DNA of 64,000 bases from Polyangiaceae bacterium. Lineage in GTDB: Bacteria > Myxococcota_A > Polyangia > Polyangiales > Polyangiaceae. The notes under the pieces were generated by a model that was not told the DNA's origin, searched no databases, and saw only the letters and a list, made by a program, of their open reading frames with translations. The position numbers and the translations under genes are program-made. This document shows positions 22,025 to 30,578 of the stretch, in pieces. The DNA lies in assembly GCA_044376115.1 (NCBI GenBank), contig JBILLK010000036.1:1-64000 (forward strand), written 5' to 3'. Each line of letters starts with the position of its first letter. The stretch's first letter is position 1.

Positions 22025-23344
22025 TCACCGCATTGGGGGCTTCGCGCGTTTCACGCGCAGCTGGAGCTTCTCCACCTTCCCGAAGGCGAGGCTCGACGCG
22101 TTTCCCTCGACGAGCTCGCTGGACGTCAACGTCTTCCACGCCACGTCATCGTGAAACACAAGGTCAACATCCTGGATGTTTAGGCTGAGTGTGTCCTCAT
22201 TACAGACCCGCAGCGCAGGAGTCATTTCGTTCCAGCGCGCTCGAAAGCCGGAAGGGCTCTCGGATGAGCTGAACACGACGCGTCCGTCCTGTTCGAGTAC
22301 CCAACGAAGATCCAGATCGCCCTCACCGTCACCGTAGCTCTCGGATTTTACCGTCAACGATTGGACCCCAAGCTGAAGCCAGCGACACGCTGGCTGGGTC
22401 ACCGCGATGGATGCTGCTTGCTCGCTCGACAAGAGCACGGGGCTCGCAGGTGTGGATTCGACTTCGATAATCGGCGCGAGTTGGTGACTTCCGACGCTCA
22501 GGTTCAAGGCGTAAAACGGAACAAAGGCGCCCACCTCGCCGACGTGGGGTCCGGCCGGTACGTCGGCGATGAGCGCGAACCTCCCCTCGCGCTGGAGGTC
22601 GGGTCGGGTCGCGATCACTCCGGGTACTACGCCGTTCTCGTCTTTTAGCCGAACGATCAATTGGCCGGCCACGTCGAGGTTGGAGGCGAACGAAAACTGC
22701 ACGACGATGCCTCGGATGCCATGGAAGGAATCCCGCCGAACGTGGACATAGCGGGGTACCACAGCGCCTCGCGCGACCTCTGGTCGCAGGGTCATTGAGC
22801 TTACGCACGCGTCGGGGCCGTAGCGAACCTCGACTCCCTGTTCGATGTAGAGACAACGGCCTTCCGCCGTGCAGCCGAGCGGCTTCCCGAGCCGGGCTTC
22901 CACTTCGGGCGAGCGGTCGTAGAAGTCGAGCCCGAATGGAAGAGTTCCTTGAAAGCGTTGGACGGTGGAGGTCCGGCCGTGAAGATCGATCGCCTCGATC
23001 CGCGTATCCGCTCCGACCACCAGTGTGAGGCCGTGTTCGTGCAGGTTGATGAAGGCTGGCACCGAGCTAAACGCCGAACCGCCAAGTCGCTTGGTCAGCT
23101 CGCGCACCGGCGCATCGTCGAAGCGTTTGCCTAGCAGCGAGCGGAGCTCCTCGAGCGAGGTTGGCGTGGCTGCCTGGCCCGCAAGGTTGAGCGGGGCACA
23201 CCGCATCAAACGCTGATTGAACGCTTGGACGGCCTCCGGAGTCGGACCTACCACCGGAGCTGGCTCAGGGCGGCAGCCAGTCGAGACAACCATCGCCACG
23301 AGCGCTGCGGGTAGCGACCGCTTTTGCGTAGGGCCGATGCTCAT
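22025..23344 (-). CDS. Hypothetical lipoprotein with a possible C2-like C-terminal domain
   Basis: Lipobox STGC; C-terminal ..ARWNE...DTLSLNIQDVDLVFHDDV pattern. Confidence 0.55.
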   Translation of the reverse strand: MSIGPTQKRSLPAALVAMVVSTGCRPEPAPVVGPTPEAVQAFNQRLMRCAPLNLAGQAATPTSLEELRSLLGKRFDDAPVRELTKRLGGSAFSSVPAFINLHEHGLTLVVGADTRIEAIDLHGRTSTVQRFQGTLPFGLDFYDRSPEVEARLGKPLGCTAEGRCLYIEQGVEVRYGPDACVSSMTLRPEVARGAVVPRYVHVRRDSFHGIRGIVVQFSFASNLDVAGQLIVRLKDENGVVPGVIATRPDLQREGRFALIADVPAGPHVGEVGAFVPFYALNLSVGSHQLAPIIEVESTPASPVLLSSEQAASIAVTQPACRWLQLGVQSLTVKSESYGDGEGDLDLRWVLEQDGRVVFSSSESPSGFRARWNEMTPALRVCNEDTLSLNIQDVDLVFHDDVAWKTLTSSELVEGNASSLAFGKVEKLQLRVKRAKPPMR

Positions 23345-23438
23345 GGGTCAACGTTCGGGTTGTGATGATCTCGCGTCAACCGACCGCCTTGGGCGTCACA
23401 TCCGACTCGCCGTGCGTCGAACCCGCTACAATCGCGCG

Positions 23439-23909
23439 ATGCTAGGAATGCGGTTAGAAAAGAAGCTCGTCTTGGTGGGGTCTTGCATCCTCACGCTGGG
23501 CGCCTTGGGCTTGGCCTTTGCGGCGGGGCCGAGCCGGGAGGCGCAAGCGGGCCCGAGCACAGCGAAGCCCGTCGTGGCGAGGTCCACTGCGACCACCGTC
23601 GACACAGCGACGGCGAGGATGCTGCACCAAGCCAAAGTAGCGGAGGCCGCCGATGCAGCGCTCTCGGCTTTCGAAGTGGCGATCAAAGACTATGCAGCGG
23701 GAACTGGCTCCTTGGAGACCGCTGCCGAGTGGGCGAAGCGTGCGCATGGCGCCGGAAAGTCGAACGACCCCGACAAGGACACCATCGACCGCTTGAAGCG
23801 CCTCGAGGCCATCGCCAAGCAGCGTATTGCGAGCGGTACCAGCACCGCGATCGACGCTCATGCTGCGCGATATCACCGCACGCGCGCCGAAGCCGAGGCG
23901 CTGAGGTAA
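23439..23909 (+). CDS. Hypothetical secreted helical protein
   Basis: N-terminal hydrophobic signal-like segment; typical codon usage. Confidence 0.55.
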   Translation: MLGMRLEKKLVLVGSCILTLGALGLAFAAGPSREAQAGPSTAKPVVARSTATTVDTATARMLHQAKVAEAADAALSAFEVAIKDYAAGTGSLETAAEWAKRAHGAGKSNDPDKDTIDRLKRLEAIAKQRIASGTSTAIDAHAARYHRTRAEAEALR

Positions 23910-23995
23910 ACCCGTCCGAAACTATGAGTAGCGGCTTTTCGGCCTGTACTTTAGCAAGTTGGAGGTTCTTCCAAGCGAACGAGACGAGGCGATCG

Positions 23996-24282
23996 ATGAG
24001 TCTGACGAAGCTTTTGAAGGCGATCGAAAAGGGTGACCTTGCAGCGGTGAAGGCGCTGCTCGCGAAGGGAACCAGCGCTTCACGCGGGGAGGAGCCGCAG
24101 GGCCCTGCGACGAACAGCTCGGGCACATCATCGCCTCAGCCGACGCTGACGTTTGGTACGTCACTCGCGAGCCGGACGGGACGACGAAAGTGTTTCACGC
24201 CCATCCCGAGAGCGCAGCGCTGCTTGGCGAATCACTGGCCGACTGGCTCGCGAAGACGCGGGCGGCGGTAAAGCGCGCTTGA
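23996..24282 (+). pseudogene. Remnant: ankyrin-like N-terminus joined out of frame to an SMI1/KNR4 (SUKH)-like C-terminus
   Basis: MSLTKLLKAIEKGDLAAVKALLAKG, then in another frame IIASADADVWYV...TKVFHAHPESAALLGESLADWLAK*. Confidence 0.5.
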
Positions 24283-24306
24283 GAGACCACCTCCGACTCC
24301 GGCTCA

Positions 24307-24647
24307 CTAAATCTTCCCAGCGAGTCAAAAGACCGGCTCGTAAAGTCCGTACCAACAAAGCAGGTTCACTACGAGTAGCGTGCCGCCCAAGCTGAAAAGC
24401 ACGCCTCGCAAAGCGCGGCCTTTGGCGAGGGCCCACGTAGCGCAAGCACCACGAACGTCGTCCCCGTCGCCGTGAGGGGGAATCAATAGGAAGTAGCAAG
24501 CTGGGTAAGCAGGGGAACTTCTTCGCCGAACTCGCGGTACATCTCGCCGAAACTGCGCCCGACAAAGGGCAAAGCCGCGAGCGCAAGCGCCAGCGCCGCG
24601 ACACCACCCGCAAGGACGACATCAACTATGTTTGGCTTCGCTTGCAT
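24307..24647 (-). pseudogene. Decayed small membrane protein with PilC/GspF-like motifs
   Basis: MQAKPNIVDVVLAGGVAALALALAALPFVGRSFGEMYREFGEEVPLLTQLATSY*FPL..., then after a frameshift ..LLCWYGLYEPVF*LAGKI*. Confidence 0.5.
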
Positions 24648-24694
24648 ACTTTACGTTGTTGATTGAGACCCGAGGCGGCAATGCCAGCGAGCTT

Positions 24695-24952
24695 TCAGCA
24701 GCAGGAGCTGGCACCAAACGCTGCGAGCAGGTCGTCATCGCTGATGTCGACTACGGCCTTGTGCACCTTGACCTGCCACGGCGGTTCACCCTGACGTAGT
24801 AGCGCCACCACCGTCTCGATCGGAGGGCAGCCCGGCTCGTAGCAGGCGAGCTCATTGACCATCACGTGGTCTTCCTCGCGTGCACAAAAGAGTGCGCCCG
24901 CCGCGCGCTTGAGGCGGCGAAGGGCTTCAGCACGGCGTTCATCACGCATCAC
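24695..24952 (-). CDS. Small hypothetical protein with an ELACxEPGCPPxETV motif
   Basis: Compact ORF 6 nt downstream of the preceding gene on this strand, with a distinctive Cys-pair motif. Confidence 0.65.
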   Translation of the reverse strand: MMRDERRAEALRRLKRAAGALFCAREEDHVMVNELACYEPGCPPIETVVALLRQGEPPWQVKVHKAVVDISDDDLLAAFGASSCC

Positions 24953-24958
24953 GCACCA

Positions 24959-25426
24959 TCATGGTAGTGGCTTGATCCCAGCGCACCCCGCGAGCGCGTT
25001 GAGTGCGGCCTTGCAACTCGCTTTGAGGGCCTCTTTGCCCTGGGGTGTTTCGGCAACGCTCCTCCACGAGTCTCGCATGACGGCGAGCGAACCAATGAGT
25101 ACCTCCGGCGACGGTGTGCAAGCAACGAGCAGCTCGACATACGCGTCACACTCTGCAACGCCACTGCCCTCGTCACCGGTACTGGGCGGCTTGACGTTGG
25201 ACCAAACGGGCCCGCTCGGCACGCCGCTCGAAGCCTTGGGAGCAGCGCTCGTGGAGGCCAGTGGTTGCGCAACGCTGGCCGAGCTGGCCAGGGCAGCGAC
25301 GCTAACCGAGGCTGTCGCGGTTACCGCGGGCTCCACCTCGGCCGGTGCGCGACTCGCCCCGCTCGAGCCGGCGCAGGCGACGAAAAGAAAGGCGAACCAT
25401 GCCGAACGCATGCCCATGGGTAGCAC
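24959..25426 (-). CDS. Lipoprotein with a small Cys-bridged helical domain
   Basis: Lipobox FVAC; Ala/Ser linker; GVAECDAY...C...C motif. Confidence 0.6.
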   Translation of the reverse strand: MLPMGMRSAWFAFLFVACAGSSGASRAPAEVEPAVTATASVSVAALASSASVAQPLASTSAAPKASSGVPSGPVWSNVKPPSTGDEGSGVAECDAYVELLVACTPSPEVLIGSLAVMRDSWRSVAETPQGKEALKASCKAALNALAGCAGIKPLP

Positions 25427-25481
25427 GACTTTCGCCGCCGCTCATTAAGCAGTCGCACGGGACTCGCGTCCCCTGGCCCCG

Positions 25482-27005
25482 TCACGACCGCTTTACTTTG
25501 GCGGCCTTTTTGGCGACCTTTTCGTCCTTTTCACGAAAGCTCGCGAGTTCCTCCTCGAGCGCCTTCTCCACCGCCCAGGGCTCGAGCGCGCGCACCGCTA
25601 CAAAAGTCGCGAGCGAAGTGGCCTCGGCTCGGAGCTCGGTCTCGTCGTGCGCAAGTTCGAAGACCAGGTCTCCGTGCTTCACAGGATCGAGAAAGTAGTA
25701 GCCGCCATTGCTCGAGCTTCCAAAGGGCAGGAGCGTTGGGGTCGCTGAGAACAGCGCTCGCTTCAGGTTCTCCCCAAGCTCCCCCTCGCGTTCGGCCTCG
25801 CTCAGCGCCGTATCGAATCGGCGCTTGAGTGCAGCGAGCCCGCTCACCGGCGAGAGCCAGCTCTCCTCCGGAGGAGCCTTGCCGACGCGTCCGTAGAGCG
25901 CACGCAAGGACGGGGGCAACGTGCTCGGCGCTGCGGTCTTTCCGGGCTTGGGCAGTCGAATACCGCGCTCACCAAGCAGGTCGAGCGCCGCCTCTACCTC
26001 GGCCGGAATCACAGGAAGACGAACCCGCGCTTTGGCTCCTTCGCCGCTCTTGGCACCAACGCCCAGCTTCGCCAGGTTCGCCAGCCCTTTCTTCGACCAG
26101 CGAATCGAGCGCGCCTTGGAGAGGTCGTTGATTCCTTTGGCGAGCTTGCTTCGGGCGGCACGCAATTTCTGTTTGTCGTAGGGGCTGATCGGAAAGGTCA
26201 CCAGCGCATCGAGTTCGGCGTCGGTGCGGCTCCCGAGGTGGGCAACGAGGTCCTGGTCGGTGGCGAGCAGATGAAGCAAGAGTGTCGCTCCAGGACTGAA
26301 TTCGTACGCGGGGGGCGAGGTGAAAAGGACGGACCACATCAGCTCGGGCGCGAGCGCAACGACCTGTTCGCTGCAAGCCACAGAAAGCAGATCCACCCCG
26401 CGCTTTCCTAGCTCCGCGAGCAGGCCAGGAACACGGGCGCGACCAGCTGGGTAGGCCGCGAGCGACTCGAGGGCAGACGCCGCCACCGCTACGTCGAGTT
26501 CGCCAGTACGCATCCCAATGCGTTCCGCAAGCAGCAGCTTCTCGAGGCGCGCGCCGTCATCCCCAGCTAATCCAAGGCAATCAAAGTACTGCGCAGCAAA
26601 GGCGGAATAGCGACGAGCATGTCGCAGCGCGAGCGAAAAAAAACGCTCCTTCGAGGGTTCGTCACAAAGGGTGATGCGAAGCGCGATGGCGCGCTGATAC
26701 GCGAGCTCAGCTTGATCGTTCGCGCTCGTCCAAAGGGTGTCGAGCTGTGCGGCCTCCTTCGCGCCGAACGTGGGGCGCTCGGCTGCGAAGGTCGTGAAGA
26801 GGCTCGCCCAAGCATCGGACGCGACGGATCGTCCAGCGCACGCTTCGAGATAGGACGCCGGCAACTCAGAGGCCAATAGCTCCAGCGCTTCGCTCGGGGA
26901 GAGCGACGCACCTTGTTCGAGCTCCATTCCCCCAGCCAGGCCTGCAAGCCACGCTTCGTCAAAACCGGGAAGCGCCGCCTTGACTGCTGCGATGAAGTTA
27001 CTCAC
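25482..27005 (-). CDS. Helical protein with a C-terminal SMI1/KNR4 (SUKH)-like domain
   Basis: LPPSLRALY...LLPFGSSSNGGYYFLD....VFELAHD.....EATSLATFV. The GTG start overlaps the GST stop (GTGA). Confidence 0.65.
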   Translation of the reverse strand: MSNFIAAVKAALPGFDEAWLAGLAGGMELEQGASLSPSEALELLASELPASYLEACAGRSVASDAWASLFTTFAAERPTFGAKEAAQLDTLWTSANDQAELAYQRAIALRITLCDEPSKERFFSLALRHARRYSAFAAQYFDCLGLAGDDGARLEKLLLAERIGMRTGELDVAVAASALESLAAYPAGRARVPGLLAELGKRGVDLLSVACSEQVVALAPELMWSVLFTSPPAYEFSPGATLLLHLLATDQDLVAHLGSRTDAELDALVTFPISPYDKQKLRAARSKLAKGINDLSKARSIRWSKKGLANLAKLGVGAKSGEGAKARVRLPVIPAEVEAALDLLGERGIRLPKPGKTAAPSTLPPSLRALYGRVGKAPPEESWLSPVSGLAALKRRFDTALSEAEREGELGENLKRALFSATPTLLPFGSSSNGGYYFLDPVKHGDLVFELAHDETELRAEATSLATFVAVRALEPWAVEKALEEELASFREKDEKVAKKAAKVKRS

Positions 27006-27631
27006 GCAGGCTTCTTCGGCAAGAGTGCGTCGTCGATCGCTCGGGCGCGGACCGCGGCCGGGCGCGACATGATCCGCTCGAGGTAGGGCTTGAAGCTGGG
27101 TCGATCTTCGATCGTCTTGAACTGCGTACCCCAACCGATCTGAGAACCCAGGTAGACGTCGACCGCGGAGAACTTTTCACCGAGCAGGTAAGGCCCTTGT
27201 TTGACGGCCTCCTCCAAGGTGTTCACGACGTCAGCGAGCGAGCCGAAGCCGACGGTCCCGCGCTTCTCGGGCGGCACGTCCCAACTCATGCTCTTGGCGG
27301 TCACTGCGGCCTCGACGGGGCCAGCTGCAAAGAACATCCAACGGAAATACGCACCGCGCAACGGATCACCCAGGGCTGGGGCGAGGCCAGCTTCGGGGAA
27401 GGCGTCTGCGAGGTAAGCGCAAATGGCAGCACACTCGGTGACTACCGCCTCGCCATGACGCAAGGCCGGCACCTTGCCCATCGGGTTGATCGCGAGGTAG
27501 TCGGCCGCCTTCATCGACGTTCGGTAGTCGAGCACGACGGTCTCGTAGCTGCAGCCAACCTCTTCAAGCATCCAGCGAGCGATGCGGCCGCGTGACATCG
27601 GATTGGTAAAGAACGTGAGAGCGTTGGACAT
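27002..27631 (-). CDS. Glutathione S-transferase family protein
   Basis: SRGRIARWMLEE, INPMGKVPAL, ECAAICAYLAD and YLLGEKFSAVD. Confidence 0.92.
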   Translation of the reverse strand: MSNALTFFTNPMSRGRIARWMLEEVGCSYETVVLDYRTSMKAADYLAINPMGKVPALRHGEAVVTECAAICAYLADAFPEAGLAPALGDPLRGAYFRWMFFAAGPVEAAVTAKSMSWDVPPEKRGTVGFGSLADVVNTLEEAVKQGPYLLGEKFSAVDVYLGSQIGWGTQFKTIEDRPSFKPYLERIMSRPAAVRARAIDDALLPKKPA

Positions 27632-27751
27632 GCTGATCTCCTGGGGCGCAGGCCTATCACGGAACCGCTTACAACATCACCGCAAGCGCGGCCCCAAACC
27701 GAGGATGCTCTCAGGGTTGCTGGCGCTGATTGAGCGCCATACCTTCGAGCG

Positions 27752-28840
27752 ATGGATGCACGTGATATTTTGAAGCGCGGCCAGCAGGCGATAGGAGTCG
27801 CGACGACGCTTGCGCTGGGCCACGCTTCGGGCATCACGACCACCGGTTGCGTGAGCTGCTCCTACGAGGTTCGTACGTCGGTTGCGGTCCAAGGAGACCT
27901 GGGCGGTGACAGCGCTCCCAACGCGACACAGTGTATCGACCACGGCTGCCCAGCCACCTTGAGCTCGGCCACGCTGATTTCATGCAGCGTCAAGGCGAAC
28001 GGAACGGAGTTGGCTTGCGTGTATGACGCCGGCTACGCCGACCCCTCGGAGAGCTTGGCCGAGGCGGAGGAGGATCAATGCGAGGGGCTATGCGAGTTGG
28101 GCGACAAGTTCCTCGGCTGCGTCAAGCTCGAGAGCGGTGCCCACGCCTGCATCACGCGTGGTGGCTGCGTTGGTGGCAGACGCTTTGAGGGCATGCCCAG
28201 CTTCTCAGCGGCGGGTCCGTCGCTGGCTGAAGCACTCGCTGAACTAGCGCATTTCGAGGCGTGTTCGGTCACCGCCTTCGAGCGGCTCGCCGAGGATTTG
28301 CAGGCGCACGGCGCGCCCCTGGCGCTGCTCCGCCGCTGCCGCGCGGCGGCCCGCGACGAGGCTCGTCAGCGCGAACTCGTGCTCGCCCTCGCGAAGGCGA
28401 ACGGCGCTTCGCACGAGGCCATCGTACCCGCGGCCCACGCCGATCGGGCTACGCCAACGCTGCTCGCGATCGCGCTGGAGAACGTTGCTGAAGGCTGTGT
28501 GCGCGAGAGCTGGGGCGCCGTCTCGATGCTCTGGTTGTCCAAGCGATTGCCTCAATATGCCGCGCTGTTTCGCAGCATTGCGCGCGATGAAGCTCGACAT
28601 GCCGAGCTTTCGTTCGCGATCGACGCCTGGCTCGGACGTTCACTGAGCCGCGAGCAGCGTGCAGTGGTTGAACACGCCCGACGCAGCGCAGCGCAGGAGC
28701 TCATGCACGCGCTGCCCGATCCGCTGCTTGGTGCATGTGGCGTCGATGCGGACACGCAATCCGCGGCGCTCAGGCTCGTGATGGCGGAGTTGCTTGTCGA
28801 GAGGCCCAACCGCGCGGTCGCAGCACAGCTGTACGTTTAG
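27752..28840 (+). CDS. Ferritin-like domain protein with an exported Cys-rich N-terminus
   Basis: EACSVTAF, DEARQ, ENVAEGCVRE and DEARH motifs; the Cys-rich N-region ends in CVGGRR. Confidence 0.75.
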   Translation: MDARDILKRGQQAIGVATTLALGHASGITTTGCVSCSYEVRTSVAVQGDLGGDSAPNATQCIDHGCPATLSSATLISCSVKANGTELACVYDAGYADPSESLAEAEEDQCEGLCELGDKFLGCVKLESGAHACITRGGCVGGRRFEGMPSFSAAGPSLAEALAELAHFEACSVTAFERLAEDLQAHGAPLALLRRCRAAARDEARQRELVLALAKANGASHEAIVPAAHADRATPTLLAIALENVAEGCVRESWGAVSMLWLSKRLPQYAALFRSIARDEARHAELSFAIDAWLGRSLSREQRAVVEHARRSAAQELMHALPDPLLGACGVDADTQSAALRLVMAELLVERPNRAVAAQLYV

Positions 28841-28865
28841 GCGGCAACGCGCCTCGGGCGCAGGT

Positions 28866-29711
28866 TCATCGCTTCGGCGGTGGGACTCGGAAGAAGGCAT
28901 CGAGTGCCTGCTTCACGTCGAGGACGAAGGGCCGGGGTTCTGTAAAGACGGTGAAGCCGCGTTCCCCTCGCGTCCAGGTGAGCACAGCGCCCTCTTTGGC
29001 GATTCGCTCAGGCGTAAACGCGGTCTTCTGCGCCGAGAGCTCGCTCACGGTGAAGAGCGTCTTGCGTGCGCCAGGTGCAATCGCTCCTGGCGCGCTCGGC
29101 CCAAGCGGAACAGTGGCCGGCCAAATCTCGCGCCAAGCCAGCACCGCTTCGACTTCGGCGGCAAATGTTGCTCGCGCGTCTTGCTCCTTGCTCAGCCGCT
29201 TGATGCCGTGCGGTGAGATCACCACCAGCTCGGCGCCCTCCCGATGCAGCGATACGATCGCTGGGACCGCGAGCCCTGCGGCGAAGTATCTCGCGATCGT
29301 GATCAGCGGAATCTCCTGAAGCGGAGTTGGCTCGGTCCGAACCGTCTTGCCGCACCACAACGAAACGGAGCCTTTGATTCCTTTGGAGGTAGCTCCGGTG
29401 ACGACCAGATCCTTTTTGCATTCGTAGCTTGCTGGGCACTCCACCTGCTCGCAGGAGCGCGAGCAGTGCATGACGGCGGCGCTCTCCGGTCGCGCCACGT
29501 AATTGTCCTCACCAAAAGGCAAACAACGCGGCGCTTGAGCATCGCAATCAGCGTCTCTCACGCACGCCCTGCCAAGGCTCGGCTCGCTCTCTGGGGCGCT
29601 CGACTTCGTCGACTTGGGAGCCGGCGCCGGAGTCGGATCGCCCGTGCCGATTTTGCCCTCGCACCCAAGCAGCGAAAGACCGAGTGCGATGATGAGACGC
29701 GCGCCAGACAT
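28866..29711 (-). CDS. Cys-rich lipoprotein
   Basis: Lipobox LLGC; LGRAC..DADC...C...CSRSC...CP..YEC motif. Confidence 0.6.
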   Translation of the reverse strand: MSGARLIIALGLSLLGCEGKIGTGDPTPAPAPKSTKSSAPESEPSLGRACVRDADCDAQAPRCLPFGEDNYVARPESAAVMHCSRSCEQVECPASYECKKDLVVTGATSKGIKGSVSLWCGKTVRTEPTPLQEIPLITIARYFAAGLAVPAIVSLHREGAELVVISPHGIKRLSKEQDARATFAAEVEAVLAWREIWPATVPLGPSAPGAIAPGARKTLFTVSELSAQKTAFTPERIAKEGAVLTWTRGERGFTVFTEPRPFVLDVKQALDAFFRVPPPKR

Positions 29712-29743
29712 GGGCCGTGAGCTTCGCACGAATTGCAGCGCTG

Positions 29744-30265
29744 TTACTGCGGCGTCAGCGCGACCACGAGGTCGTCGCGATAGGTCGGGCCGTCGTCGAC
29801 GCAGAAGGATGCACCGGCGCACGGTACCTCGGCCTCGATCAGTTGCAGCGCCGCAACGAACAGCTGGCCCGGCGTCAAACATGGATTGGCGTCGCAAATC
29901 TCCGACTCTGCAGACAGGCTGTCCTCGTTGTCCCCATCCGCATAGCGAACCTTGCACACCCCGCGCTCACGCTCGATGGCATAGACAGCCACGGTGCGCT
30001 TGCGGGTTGGCCTCTTCGCCAACGCAGAAGCCGCTGCTGCCGGCGGCTTTACCGTGCATTCAGCCGCTTCGATCGCTGCTGGGGGCGCGGACGGCGCTGC
30101 AGCCGTCAACTGCGGTGCGAGCGAGCTGGCTTGCGGCGGCCTCTCAGTCGCTCGCGGCACGCTGACGGCACGATGCCCATCCGCAGGGACCTCGAGGACA
30201 GAAGTTGGCGCACCGCAGCCGAGCGCGCAAATCAGCATCACCAGGAGGCGCTCAAGCTTCAGCAT
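29744..30265 (-). CDS. Hypothetical lipoprotein
   Basis: Lipobox ALGC; Ala/Pro linker; Cys-containing C-domain. Confidence 0.5.
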   Translation of the reverse strand: MLKLERLLVMLICALGCGAPTSVLEVPADGHRAVSVPRATERPPQASSLAPQLTAAAPSAPPAAIEAAECTVKPPAAAASALAKRPTRKRTVAVYAIERERGVCKVRYADGDNEDSLSAESEICDANPCLTPGQLFVAALQLIEAEVPCAGASFCVDDGPTYRDDLVVALTPQ

Positions 30266-30476
30266 GGGGGCGGTCCGAAGTTCGGTATCGACTTCGGAAG
30301 GTACCGGGGGACTCCCCGCTATTGAGACGAAAAAACTTCGCAAGCTGGGTCGCCTCCGAGAATCCTAGTTTCTCGGCCAAAGCCTCCAACGAGACGTCGG
30401 TGTGCGCCAGCTGCCGCTTTGCTTCGAGCAGCACTCGCGCTGGGAACCTGCCGGGTGTGGGCTTTGCCGCGGTCAT
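30252..30476 (-). pseudogene. AraC-family regulator remnant (second HTH only)
   Basis: RVLLEAKRQLAHTDVSLEALAEKLGFSEATQLAKFFR..SG.SP..FR, preceded by only ~13 residues after the ATG. Confidence 0.7.
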
Positions 30477-30578
30477 GTTCGTGGTCGAGGTGCTCGCGCT
30501 CCTAGCCGTGCGACGTGCGGCGTGAAGCGCCAGCAATCCCGCGCAATTGGTGGTAGTTAACGGCGCGGGGGATGACGA

